In this document: positions 32,593 to 42,500 of the stretch, piece after piece | Position numbering within the stretch: position 1 is the first letter of the stretch | Layout of the letters: every line of letters begins with the position of its first letter | Assembly: GCA_038245295.1 (NCBI GenBank) | Contig: JBBRSP010000005.1 | Location: forward strand, 1 to 64,000 | Length of the DNA: 64,000 nt | Origin: Candidatus Binatia bacterium | GTDB taxonomy: Bacteria > Desulfobacterota > Binatia > HRBIN30 | Direction: 5' to 3' | The notes under the pieces: model-generated | The model's input: the letters and a program-made list of their open reading frames with translations, nothing else | Told to the model about the DNA's origin: nothing | The model's database searches: none | Program-made: the position numbers and the translations under genes

Positions 32593-32814
32593 GACTCGCC
32601 CGCCGGCGTGGACAGCGTGCGGCAACAGTTCAACGAGTTTGCGTCGGCTGTTTCGAGGGACCGGCCGTTTCGAGCGCTGTTTCGAGGGACGTGTTTGCGA
32701 TTCTCGCGATTGTCCAGAGAATCGCGAGAATCGCAACCGCGTCCCCTAATCGGCCCCGTGATCGCGACGAGCCGTCTTTTGAAGGGAACCCGTGATCACT
32801 GCGGCAGATCCTTC

Positions 32815-34323
32815 CTATTGCGTGACGAAGGTGTCTGTCACGACGATGTCGCCAAACGTCGGGAACCCGAGCAACGTGTACGCACCCGCGGTTGCGTAGC
32901 CTGACAGGCTTGGCGGTGAAGCCTGCAGCGCTGAGCAATTGGCTGGGCTGCCTTGCGCGAAGTACGGCTCGCCCGCGTTGGGGTTAACGATGTCGACGCC
33001 GTCTTGCCCGTTGACGTTGGTGAGGACTGCATTCGCCATACCAGTCGTTGAGAACGAAGTCGTGGGAATACCGCGCTCGGAGATTGGATCGGTGTCCCTG
33101 CAATAGGCATACGGGCAAGCCCCGACATGCAGGCCGATCGCGCTGCTATCGAGGACGAGCCCTGAGCCCATGGGTCCGTGCCCGCCGAAGGCAATCTTCA
33201 TTCGGCCCGTCATGCCGGAGTTCCCGCCGGCATCCTGTGCAACCTGCAGATCGACATCGTCCAGTCCGGATTCGCCGCAAACGACGAAGCCGGTAGCCGT
33301 GTTCCCAGGACCATGAACAGGGGTGCAAGGGGGAAGCCTCAATGCCAAACAATCCTGCTCGCCCAAGAAGCCGGCGGTGCACGACGCCGTAGCGGCGCCG
33401 TCGGCGTCGAACAGGGTGCCGCCGCAAGTCTTGAGCACGACCTCACGCACGCAAGAGCAGGCGAGAGTGCCTTTCCACGCCAAATCCCGGTTTTGACTGA
33501 ATCGGCGTGCAAAGCCGGCGAGAGTACTGACCGGAGGCGGGTGGTATGAGTAAAATGAAGCTCTGACATATGGGATCCGGACCGAAGGGTCGTCGCTACG
33601 TGGATGACCAAGCCAGATCCTCCGTGCTCCTGCGATTCCAAGCGGAATTGTCAGCACGTCTCCATGGACGACGGCGCCAGTTGTGCCCATCTTGATTCCG
33701 GGCCCTTCGACAATACCTGGCACAAGCGACGTCCAGATCTCCACCTCGGTCGTGCAGTTCGCGGCGCAACCATCGCCGCCGAAGGGACGACATCGTTGAC
33801 AGGCGGCGCCAGGACAGTCGCTATCGGCGGCACACGAGGTGCCTATCTTCGCTCCGTCGGTGCACACACCATTGCCCAAACAGTTCCCTTCGCGCGTGCA
33901 ATGAGTCCCGGCGTTCGGGCCGCCGATGCAGGTGCCGCCGTCGTCGCACTCCTCGGTGCCGGTCACCTGCTCGTCGCCACATCTTGGCGAGCACCGGCAC
34001 ACGACGTCGTTGATTGCGTCGCCCACGGCGGCGGTGATCTCCTCGATCGTAATGGCGCCGTCACCGTTGGTGTCGCCGGCTCGACAGGCCGAGATAGGTA
34101 CTGCGCCGACGGTGATGTTCACCATCGAGATGATCTGATCCACGGTCACACTGCAGGTCGAATCACAATTACCGGTGCAGGCCGACACGCGCGGCGACAC
34201 GACGGCGAGCAATGCTGCGCTGATGAGTACCGATGTCGCAAGCGTTCGTAGCCGTTGCATCATCGACTCCTGCGGATACAGCCAAAACGTATGATCGACG
34301 GACCCCATGTGCCTTGATCCCAC
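32815..34323 (-). CDS. Secreted Cys-rich protein with N-terminal dockerin-like domain; carries an in-frame MITE; start probably about 34263
   Basis: Signal peptide, CTGNCD...GDTNGDGAITIEEI, CGD...EECDDG, GDGCAANC. Confidence 0.75.
   Translation of the reverse strand: MGSRHMGSVDHTFWLYPQESMMQRLRTLATSVLISAALLAVVSPRVSACTGNCDSTCSVTVDQIISMVNITVGAVPISACRAGDTNGDGAITIEEITAAVGDAINDVVCRCSPRCGDEQVTGTEECDDGGTCIGGPNAGTHCTREGNCLGNGVCTDGAKIGTSCAADSDCPGAACQRCRPFGGDGCAANCTTEVEIWTSLVPGIVEGPGIKMGTTGAVVHGDVLTIPLGIAGARRIWLGHPRSDDPSVRIPYVRASFYSYHPPPVSTLAGFARRFSQNRDLAWKGTLACSCVREVVLKTCGGTLFDADGAATASCTAGFLGEQDCLALRLPPCTPVHGPGNTATGFVVCGESGLDDVDLQVAQDAGGNSGMTGRMKIAFGGHGPMGSGLVLDSSAIGLHVGACPYAYCRDTDPISERGIPTTSFSTTGMANAVLTNVNGQDGVDIVNPNAGEPYFAQGSPANCSALQASPPSLSGYATAGAYTLLGFPTFGDIVVTDTFVTQ
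33469..33516. mobile_element. MITE copy B (48 bp, degenerate TIRs), 9-bp TSD ggcgagagt, in frame within a CDS
   Basis: gcctttccacgccaaatc-N12-gaatcggcgtgcaaagcc; ggcgagagt at 33460-33468 and 33517-33525. Confidence 0.85.
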
Positions 34324-34838
34324 GGTTTGACGCAGGATGCCATCAGCGGTGAAGGCTAGGTTGCTTCATGCGCGCGGCCGATGCCTTGGAATCCATCTTG
34401 GAAGACGATGTGCACGAAGCCGAGCCATTCCGGAGGCCCCGGAGACCCGCGGCCCCAACGTTCCCTTCCGCATCTTGTGAGTCGGAATCGGAAGCCGACG
34501 CGGCCGGGGTTAACCCGAGCCGCGCCTACGCACCCGGAGATCGCTGTATTTCACTTCGGGTGGGAGCTTCCGTTTGAGTGAGTACGCCGGGTGCCGGTGG
34601 GGCGCAAGCAGGAGCGACGCGGCCCGCCACGATCGTCGAACCGCCTTGACCATTGACAGTCGGCGGCGTACCTCTGACCGTGGGTCTCGGGTGGCGTTCC
34701 GCCTGATTTGTTATCAGGACCGGCGCGTCATCCGGGGCTCAGCGCAGGCTCTTCGCGTCCGCCCGTCGGATTGACACCGACCAAGGCCAGTCACGAAGGG
34801 CCTGTTCCGTTTGTGGGTGGATTGGATACGAAAACGAC

Positions 34839-34982
34839 ATGGACGATCCAAGCACGTCACGCATGCTCGCGCCTGAAGAGATCGAATCGTTGCGGAAGGA
34901 TGGCCAAAGGGGATTGGAGCGGGTTCGGGAGCTGATCCGGCTCCAGAAAGAGGGCAAGCTCCCGCCACACCTGCAAGACTGA
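34839..34982 (+). CDS. Possible 47-aa small protein
   Basis: MDDPSTSRMLAPEEIESLRKDGQRGLERVRELIRLQKEGKLPPHLQD; helical and charged; below the ORF-track cutoff. Confidence 0.4.
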   Translation: MDDPSTSRMLAPEEIESLRKDGQRGLERVRELIRLQKEGKLPPHLQD

Positions 34983-35011
34983 TGGAGAAGCCAGACAAGC
35001 CACGACTGCGA

Positions 35012-35587
35012 TCACTTCTCGGGATACGGTTTGTACGCCTCCGCTGGATCGGCCGCGACCAGCTCGGGGACGTCGTCGACAAAGACGCGTTCCTCCTCCG
35101 GCTGGTAGGAATCGGCCGCGAACTGCAGGGCGCTCACCAACAGCCTCGCCACGGCAACTTGCAGGCCCGGCGCCTTCGATTCCCTCGATCCTGCGACGTT
35201 GAGCACATGGACTTCATGCACGCGCAGCCATGCGCGCAGCTGTTGAACCGCCTCCGTCAGCCTAACCTTGTCGAGGTCCTGGTGTACGCAGGGCTTCCCG
35301 GCCTCGCGCGCGATCTTCTCGGTCAGCTTGCTCCCGCCCTCGAGACGTCCACGCGTGAAGATCACCGTGCCGTCTGAGTCGATGACGTTGCGACGCGTGC
35401 GAACCTTGTAGTCGGCGCTACTGGTCTCTTGGAGCTCGTAGCGTTCAGGGATGGCGCCATCCTCGGCGCGCCGGCCCTTCGGACACCAGCCGCCGTGCGG
35501 GATACCGATCTCGATCGCTGCATCGAGACCACCGCGATCGGCGCCGGTCTGGCCACCGCTGACGATCTTGCCGACGAGAATCGTCAC
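35012..35587 (-). CDS. Putative molybdenum-carrier / circularly permuted YpsA SLOG-family protein
   Basis: [45 protein letters not shown]. Confidence 0.85.
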   Translation of the reverse strand: MTILVGKIVSGGQTGADRGGLDAAIEIGIPHGGWCPKGRRAEDGAIPERYELQETSSADYKVRTRRNVIDSDGTVIFTRGRLEGGSKLTEKIAREAGKPCVHQDLDKVRLTEAVQQLRAWLRVHEVHVLNVAGSRESKAPGLQVAVARLLVSALQFAADSYQPEEERVFVDDVPELVAADPAEAYKPYPEK

Positions 35588-37494
35588 GGTTCCTGCTCCC
35601 CCCGGTCACCTTCGGTTGCTTCGTCGGCTCCGTCGGCTCGCTGGCCGGCATGGCGCGCGGTAGCCAGGCCTCGGGCCCACTCCTCGATTTGTCGCCTTCC
35701 CCACTCGACGGCACGGTTGTGCGTGTTCCGCGGGCCGCTTGCCTGAGTCACGTACGCGTGACCGGTGATCTCGATCGTGGCGTGCTCGCCCGCATACTCG
35801 ATGTGGAAGAGGTAGAGCCCTCCGTGCACGGCCGCCTCGGCGTGGAAGGAGACGCAATGTTGCATGCTCTCACCCTCATCCGCGATCTCGCCGACAGTCC
35901 GAAGGAAGCGGATCCCGTCGATCGCCGGCAGTGGTATCGGCGGCGTTAGGGTCGCCTGCGTCTCTCCCAATCCCAGCATCGCGATCACCCTTCGTGGGGG
36001 AAGCTGAGCCTGGTGCCACCGAATTGCCTTACCGACGAGCCCGCCAAGCCTGCCATGATGCTCCTCAGGCCAGTCGAGCAGGTAGGCCGTAAAGAAATCC
36101 ATATCCCATGAGCATTCAGGATTCAGGCCGCGTCCAATTTGGCGCGCAACCCGCCTAACAGATGCCCGAACCTCTGTTTCAGTTGCTTGCAGGAGGATTT
36201 GTGCCAGCGATCGCCCCGCGCCTGGCCGCGCAATGTCCAGCGAACCGTACCGGCAGAGCCTTCGCACCATCGTGAGGAGAGCCAACAGCCGCACCGTATC
36301 GGTGATAGGGCGAGGTAGTCGAACCGCTCTCAGGTACAACACGAGTTCGGCCGGGACCTTAGCCGGCAGATTCATCAGCGTGCGATCCAGGCTGCCGTAG
36401 GTCTCGCCGCTAGGCGAGAACAGGGCACGCCAGTTGAGCATCGCCGAAATATATGTCGCCACGTCGCGACTATCGGTCCGCAGGTTCTCCGGCAACTTCC
36501 CGGCTAAGGACGCGCCGCGGTTGACGTCGTGCGCGGCCTCACGCCAGAAGTCTGGGCGATCATAGTCGGGGCCTTCTTGGCAGTATCCGAGTGCAATCGC
36601 GGCGGCGCGGTAGCGCAGCACGTCCCGCACGACGAAGGGCTGCTCGTAAACGGCTGGATCCATTGCGAGACAACGCACTCGGCGGGCCTGGCGAGGGACG
36701 GCCCGTTGCACCGCCACAACGTCACGCGGGACTCGTCGCAGGAGCCGGCGCCGCTGCTTTGCCACGGCTCGCATGATTCCTTCGCGAGTGGCGCGGTTCA
36801 CGACCCTGGTGATCTTTGCAGGCTGTGCAATCGCATAAGCCACGGCCTCGCCAAGCCTCTTCCCGTCGCAGAGAACAATCTCCGAATCGCGATCGGGTTC
36901 GTGCACTACGAATCGCCAGGGTCGAAGACCAACCCGTACAGGCTTCACGTCGGGGATAGCGACAGTGAATCCGTTGGGATGCTCGACCACGTCGATCCGG
37001 GCCGCTGGTTCGTCGTCGACGGGAATGATCCTGAAGTCGGCTTCCACCTCGAAGTCCTGGTCAGGGTTGCGCCACCGATCAGGGTCGCGAACTTCCTCGA
37101 TCCACTCGGTATAGTTTCGCGGCAAGCCCAGCGGTCTCCGACCAACGTGAAACGTGTGGTAGTGCTCCTGGGCGCGTTCGAACTGCTCGTCACGGTCCGG
37201 GACAATGGTGAATAGAGACGTGATCGAGATCGCCGGCTTCCCATCGATGGTCTCCTGGTAGACATGCCAGCCCCGGTTGATCCCCACGAACTCCGGCTCG
37301 AGCTTCAGCACGTTGAAGCCGAACGAGGCATCGACATTGGGCGTCGCCTCCGGAAGGCGCCGCAACACCACTTGCAGGCGCTCGATGTTCTCGACGATCT
37401 CTGGCGTCGCCTCGGGCAGCGCTTTTAGGCGATCGCCGAGTGCGATCACCTCACGCATGAGCGCGAGGTCACATTTACGCATGATGAACTTCAT
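35584..37494 (-). CDS. Large protein with C-terminal PcfJ-like domain
   Basis: RWH...[18 protein letters not shown]...ATIEI...QASGPRN; N-terminal two-thirds unrecognised; 4-nt overlap with the SLOG gene. Confidence 0.7.
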   Translation of the reverse strand: MKFIMRKCDLALMREVIALGDRLKALPEATPEIVENIERLQVVLRRLPEATPNVDASFGFNVLKLEPEFVGINRGWHVYQETIDGKPAISITSLFTIVPDRDEQFERAQEHYHTFHVGRRPLGLPRNYTEWIEEVRDPDRWRNPDQDFEVEADFRIIPVDDEPAARIDVVEHPNGFTVAIPDVKPVRVGLRPWRFVVHEPDRDSEIVLCDGKRLGEAVAYAIAQPAKITRVVNRATREGIMRAVAKQRRRLLRRVPRDVVAVQRAVPRQARRVRCLAMDPAVYEQPFVVRDVLRYRAAAIALGYCQEGPDYDRPDFWREAAHDVNRGASLAGKLPENLRTDSRDVATYISAMLNWRALFSPSGETYGSLDRTLMNLPAKVPAELVLYLRAVRLPRPITDTVRLLALLTMVRRLCRYGSLDIARPGAGRSLAQILLQATETEVRASVRRVARQIGRGLNPECSWDMDFFTAYLLDWPEEHHGRLGGLVGKAIRWHQAQLPPRRVIAMLGLGETQATLTPPIPLPAIDGIRFLRTVGEIADEGESMQHCVSFHAEAAVHGGLYLFHIEYAGEHATIEITGHAYVTQASGPRNTHNRAVEWGRRQIEEWARGLATARHAGQRADGADEATEGDRGEQEP

Positions 37495-37629
37495 GTCGGG
37501 TTTCCGGACCAGCGATGGCCCAGGATGTCAGTAGGACGGCTCAGGGGATGCTTACAAGGCCAGACACCCGTCGACGACCGGGTTCAATCCCTCGATCGTG
37601 GAACTGCCAGCTAGCCATGCCCGCGGTCC

Positions 37630-38547
37630 GTGTTTCCTCGGTTCGGCTTTCCACGTAAAGACTCGACTGTGTCCCAGTCGCTGACAGCACCGCCATCGCC
37701 GATCGTGCTGCACATCCCGCACAGCGCCACGGCGATCCCTGCCGATACGCGCGCCGAGCTGGTGCTCTCCGACGTCGAGCTCGAGCGCGAGTTGCTCGAC
37801 ATGACCGATCACTTCACCGACGAGCTGTTCTCGTTGAGCGCTGCTGAGGCACAGAGCATCATCTTTCCGGTGAGCCGCCTGGTGCTCGACCCTGAGCGCT
37901 TCGTCGACGACGCCCAGGAGCCGATGACGCAGCGAGGCATGGGAGTCGTATACGCGTTGACTTCACGCGGTACACCGCTGCGGCGAGAGCTGTCGGAGCA
38001 ACACCGCGCCGCGCTGATCGATCGCTTCTACGTGCCACACCACCTCGCACTGACGCGCGCGGTGAACGCGTGTCTGGAGGCCCGGGGCCACTGCCTCGTG
38101 ATCGATTGCCACAGCTTCCCGTCGCGGCCGCTGCCGTACGAGTTAGACCAGAGCCCGGACCGCCCGCAGATCTGTCTCGGCACCGACCCAGTTCACACGC
38201 CGGCTTGGTTGGCCGACGCGGCTCGAGCGGCCTTCGAAGCCAAGGGGTTCACTGTCGCGATCAACCGGCCATTCGCCGGTGCGCTCGTTCCCTTGGAGCA
38301 CTACGGCGTCAACCGTGCCCTGTCGGCGCTGATGATCGAGGTCAACCGCGGCGTCTATATGGACGAGCAGGCTGGCGAGCGGCTGCCAACGTTTGCGCGC
38401 GTGGCCGGCGAGATCCAGGACGTCGTACGCCAATTGGTCACTCCAGAGATCGATGCGTTGCGCACAGATGGCGAAGCCAGGCACGGGGTGCCGTCAGAAC
38501 GGCTGGGCCGTCACGGGCAACCGCTTTTGCGCGTGCAGAATGGGTGA
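37630..38547 (+). CDS. N-formylglutamate amidohydrolase family protein
   Basis: VLHIPHS, TDHFTDELF, SRLVLDPERF, IDCHSFP, MIEVNR; 3' end runs into the tandem array. Confidence 0.88.
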   Translation: MFPRFGFPRKDSTVSQSLTAPPSPIVLHIPHSATAIPADTRAELVLSDVELERELLDMTDHFTDELFSLSAAEAQSIIFPVSRLVLDPERFVDDAQEPMTQRGMGVVYALTSRGTPLRRELSEQHRAALIDRFYVPHHLALTRAVNACLEARGHCLVIDCHSFPSRPLPYELDQSPDRPQICLGTDPVHTPAWLADAARAAFEAKGFTVAINRPFAGALVPLEHYGVNRALSALMIEVNRGVYMDEQAGERLPTFARVAGEIQDVVRQLVTPEIDALRTDGEARHGVPSERLGRHGQPLLRVQNG

Positions 38548-38685
38548 ACCGTCACGGGCAATCCGGTGTGCGCAGCCAACGCAGGTAAACCGTCACGGGT
38601 AATCCGGTGTGCGCAGCCAGATTTGGTAAGCGGTCATCGGCAACCCGATTTGCGGCGACAACAGCGGATGACCGTCATTCAAACA
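38508..38685. repeat. Tandem array with 41-bp period (4 full units plus a partial fifth)
   Basis: c(c/g)gtca at 38508, 38549, 38590, 38631 and 38672; core ccgtcacgggcaatccggtgtgcgc. Confidence 0.8.
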
Positions 38686-38691
38686 GCTTGA

Positions 38692-38862
38692 TTGAAAAAT
38701 GGGGGTCACCCCCTTTTCCGCAGCCGTCAGCCGCGCCGCCAACGTCGTGTTTGCCGGAGAAACCGCCGTCGGTAAAACGGGCCTCGCCACCGGCATTCTG
38801 ATCAAAGCGCTGGAGAACGGCTACCGACTTGAAAAATGGGGGTCATCCCCTTTTCCGCAGCC
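38692..38862 (+). repeat. Two 34-bp palindromic direct repeats (33/34 identical) enclosing 103 bp
   Basis: ttgaaaaatgggggtca(c/t)ccccttttccgcagcc at 38692-38725 and 38829-38862. Confidence 0.9.
38726..38828 (+). pseudogene. Fragment of an IS21-family IstB-like ATPase (Walker A region)
   Basis: AANVVFAGETAVGKTGLATGILIKALENGYR. Confidence 0.7.
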
Positions 38863-38949
38863 TCGCATCCGCCGTGGGTCGGACGCGCCCAGCACAAGGC
38901 ATAACCTGTTGGTTGAACTACCCCTCGATTAGACTATAGGCTTCTCCAT

Positions 38950-39192
38950 ATGAGGCAATTACTGGTTGAGATCGACGACGAAACGTTCGAGCAGATCGAG
39001 CGGCTCGCACCGGCACGATCTCGTATGCGCTCGAGCTTCATTCGCCGCGCGATTCTCGAGGCAATCGTTCGCGCCGAAGAGCATTCGACGGCAGAGGCCT
39101 ATCGGCGCACCCCCGACAGCATCAAGGATGCCTGGTTCGATCCGCGCGTCTGGGAGCCGGCGCCACCAACGGCACGCCGTCGTCGAAAGTAA
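38950..39192 (+). CDS. RHH-type antitoxin (MazE-like partner)
   Basis: LLVEIDDE...RSSFIRRAI...AEAYRRTP; TAATG coupling to the toxin gene. Confidence 0.75.
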   Translation: MRQLLVEIDDETFEQIERLAPARSRMRSSFIRRAILEAIVRAEEHSTAEAYRRTPDSIKDAWFDPRVWEPAPPTARRRRK

Positions 39193-39521
39193 TGCGGCAG
39201 TTCGAGGTCTGGTGGGCAAACATGCCCCTGCCTGTTGGCCGCCGTCCGGTTCTTCTCCTGACCCGCAGCCCGGCGTACGCGTATCTCAACAAGATCCTGG
39301 TAGCCGAGATCACAACAACGGTGCGCGGCATCCCACAAGAGATCGGGCTCGGCCGACCCGAGGGTGTCGCTGCCGGCTGCGTGGCCAACTTCGACAACCT
39401 TCATACGATTCCGACGACGCTTCTGACGAAACGAGCCGGTACGTTGCCGATGCGTCGTCACCGAGAGGCCAAGCGCTCCTTGGGACACGCGCTCGGCTGG
39501 CCGGAGTTGTGTTCGCTCTGA
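39192..39521 (+). CDS. PemK/MazF-family toxin
   Basis: EVWWA...GRRPVLLLTR...VAEITT...ANFDNLHTI. Confidence 0.88.
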   Translation: MRQFEVWWANMPLPVGRRPVLLLTRSPAYAYLNKILVAEITTTVRGIPQEIGLGRPEGVAAGCVANFDNLHTIPTTLLTKRAGTLPMRRHREAKRSLGHALGWPELCSL

Positions 39522-39553
39522 CTAGCCAGGCTTGAAGGCGGTGTTGCGCGCTA

Positions 39554-42500
39554 GTGTCCCTTCAAGCAGAGTGCCGCCTCAGGACCACTGTCTCCACTAC
39601 CAACCGAGCAACCCAAGAGGGAAATGAGCGCTTGTCCCCGGCCAGCCGCAATTCACACGTTGATCCATCACCGGCACCCATCTTCATCGGGCGCGAGCGC
39701 GAACTGCTCGAGCTGCGACGCGGCGTCAGCGACGCCGGCAACGGTGCCGGGCGCCTCTTCCTCATCGTCGGCGAGGCCGGCATCGGCAAAACAAGACTGG
39801 TCCAGGAGCTGGCGTCGAGCGGCGGCGCCGGCGCAGACGTCTGCTGGGCGCGCTGCCTGGAAGGCGGCGGCGCCCCTGCCTATTGGCCGTGGATTCAGTT
39901 GCTGCGCGCGATCTTGCACGAGCGTCTGCCGCAAGAGATCCGGCAGGCTCTGGGCGAAGGTGCCGCCCTTGTGGCGGCGCTGGTGCCGGAACTGCGGCAA
40001 CGATTACCCGACGTCGCCGGGCTGTCGCGTCCGCGCGCCTTCGAAACCGAGGACGCCCGCTTCCCGCTCTTCGATGCCGTCACTACGCTGCTGAGGAATC
40101 TCGCCGCGACGCGTCCCTTCGTCCTGCTGTTCGACGACCTCCACAATGCCGACCTGGCCTCGCTTCTGCTCCTACAATTCGTCGCGCGCCAGTTGCCGAC
40201 GACACACCTGGCCATCGTCGGGACCTATCGCGACGCCGACGTGCAGCGCGACGCTGATCTGGCCCCCGTGCTGAACGCAATCGCGCGTGACGGCCAACGA
40301 CTGCCGCTGAGCGGCTGGTCGGAAGCCGAGGTCGGACGCTTCGTACACGAAGCATTCGCCCTGACACCATCGCCGCAGTTGCTGGCGAACCTGCACCAAA
40401 CCACCGAGGGCAATCCGTTCTTCGTCGATGAAGTGGCACGTCTGCTGGCGGCGCGGCAGAACACTCTCCCGGCCGGTACCGGCGACACGCGGCTGGAGAT
40501 CCCGCACGGAGTACGGGCGACGATCCGCCAGCGCCTGCTGCCGTTGCCGGCGGCGTGTCACGACGTCCTGGCTGTCGCCACGGTCCTCGGTCGCGAGTTC
40601 GATTTGCTGTCCCTACAAGAGGCCACCGAGCGCTCGGCCACCGACCTGCTCGGCACCCTCGGCGAAGCGCATACGGCCGGAGTCCTGCTGACAATCGCCG
40701 GTGCGCCGAACCGCTACAGTTTCACGCACGCCTTGCTGTGGGAGACACTGTACGACGACATGATGCCGGCGCAGCGCATCGACTGGCACCATCGCATTGC
40801 CCTCGCTCTGCATCGCCGCCACGCCCGCAACCCGCTGCCGCACCTGGCTCTGTTGGCGCACCACTTTTACCACGGAGCCGCCGGCGGCGATGCGACCAAG
40901 GCAGTCGACTATTGCCGCCAAGCCGGCCAGCACGCCGTCACGGTGTTCGCCTATGAGGAAGCTGCTCAACACTACGAACGCGCCGAGCAGGTTCTGGCGC
41001 TTAGCGATGGTGAGCATGAGGTCGAGCGCCTCGACTTGCTGTTGGCTCGCGGCGACGCGCAAGCCCGCGCCCTGAGCGTCGACGCCGCGCGCCAGACGTT
41101 TCAGCTGGTCGCCGCCAGCGCCCGTCACCTGCGGATGCCCGATTGTTTCGCCCAGGCCGCTCTAGGCTTTGTCGGCCTCGGCCTCGGCGTGCCGCGCGGC
41201 TCGGTCGACGCCGCCGCGGTCAGTCTGCTCGAAGAAGCTCTGGCGCAACTTGGTGACGGCGATAGTACGCTGCGGGCTCGCGTCTTGGCGCGCTTGGCAG
41301 TGGAGCTTTACTTTTCGGACACCGCCGAACGCCGTTTCCGCCTTGGCAACGAGGCCGTCGCCATGGCCGAACGAGTCGCCGACCCAATCACTCTGGCGGC
41401 CGTCGTCTCGGCCAGTCACTTTGCCCAGTGGGGCTCTATCGACGCGGCATCGCAGCTCGCCGTCGCCAAACGTGCTGTCGGCCTCGCGGAAGCGGCAGGC
41501 GACGGCGAGTTGCTGCTGCAGACTCGCTTGTGGCTCCTGCTCGACCTGATCGAGGTCGGCGATTTTGGTGCCTGGGACCGGGACATCGAGATCTATGCGC
41601 GCCTGGCCGAGTCGATGCGTCTGCCACGCTACCGCGGCATCGCCAACACACTACGCGGCCTGCGCGCCCTGACGCGTGGCGACTTCGACGTTGCCGAGGC
41701 GTTGGCGATGCAGACCATCGCCCTAGGCGAAAGCAGCGGCGACCGTACCGCCTTCGTAAGTGTCGGCTGGCAGGTACTCGTCGTACGCCAGGCACAAGGA
41801 CGCATCGCCGAGTCCGAGCCGCTGCTGCGCATGGCGCAGTCACAGATGCCGGGAATCGGCGCCTTCGGCTGTCTCCTGGCGCTCCTCTACGGCGAGGTGG
41901 GACGCCTCGACGAGGCGCGGCGCGAGCTCGAGATGCTGGCCGAGGATGACTTCGGCACCCTGGCGCGCGCCAATGCGCTGGCCAGCTTGATCCCTTCCCT
42001 CGCTGAAGTGTGCCAGGCGCTCGGCGACACGCGCCGCGCAGCCATCTTGTATGATCGACTGCTGCCACGAGCGGCGAGCAATATCTCGCACGGACCAACC
42101 GTGTCGTTCGGCCCGGCAACCCATACACTGGGGATCCTGGCGGCGACACAATCGCAATGGGATGTTGCGGCAGCGCATTTCCAGGACGCCTTGGAACGTA
42201 GTGAGCGGATGGGTTGCCGCCCCTGGGTTGCCGCGACGCAGTACCAGTTCGCCCGCGCCCTGCTGACACGCGCCGCCGCCGGAGATCAGCAACACGCCCA
42301 GAGCTTGATCGACGCCGCGACCAGCGCGGCCGCGGCAATGCGCTGGGTGAGCCTGCAGGAGAAGCTGAAGACGCTGAGCAGTGCGGCAACAGAGAGCCTG
42401 CCGGTGGCTGTCGCCAAGAAGCCGGCGAGCGTCGAGCGCCGCTGCGTCTTCCGTCGTGAAGGCGAGTACTGGGCGGTCGGCCTCGAGACAGCGGCGTTTC

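Noticed and set aside
38508..38862. CRISPR array
   Set aside because: The 41-bp units leave no proper unique spacers, the 34-bp repeat pair has one 103-bp spacer, and there are no cas genes in the window.
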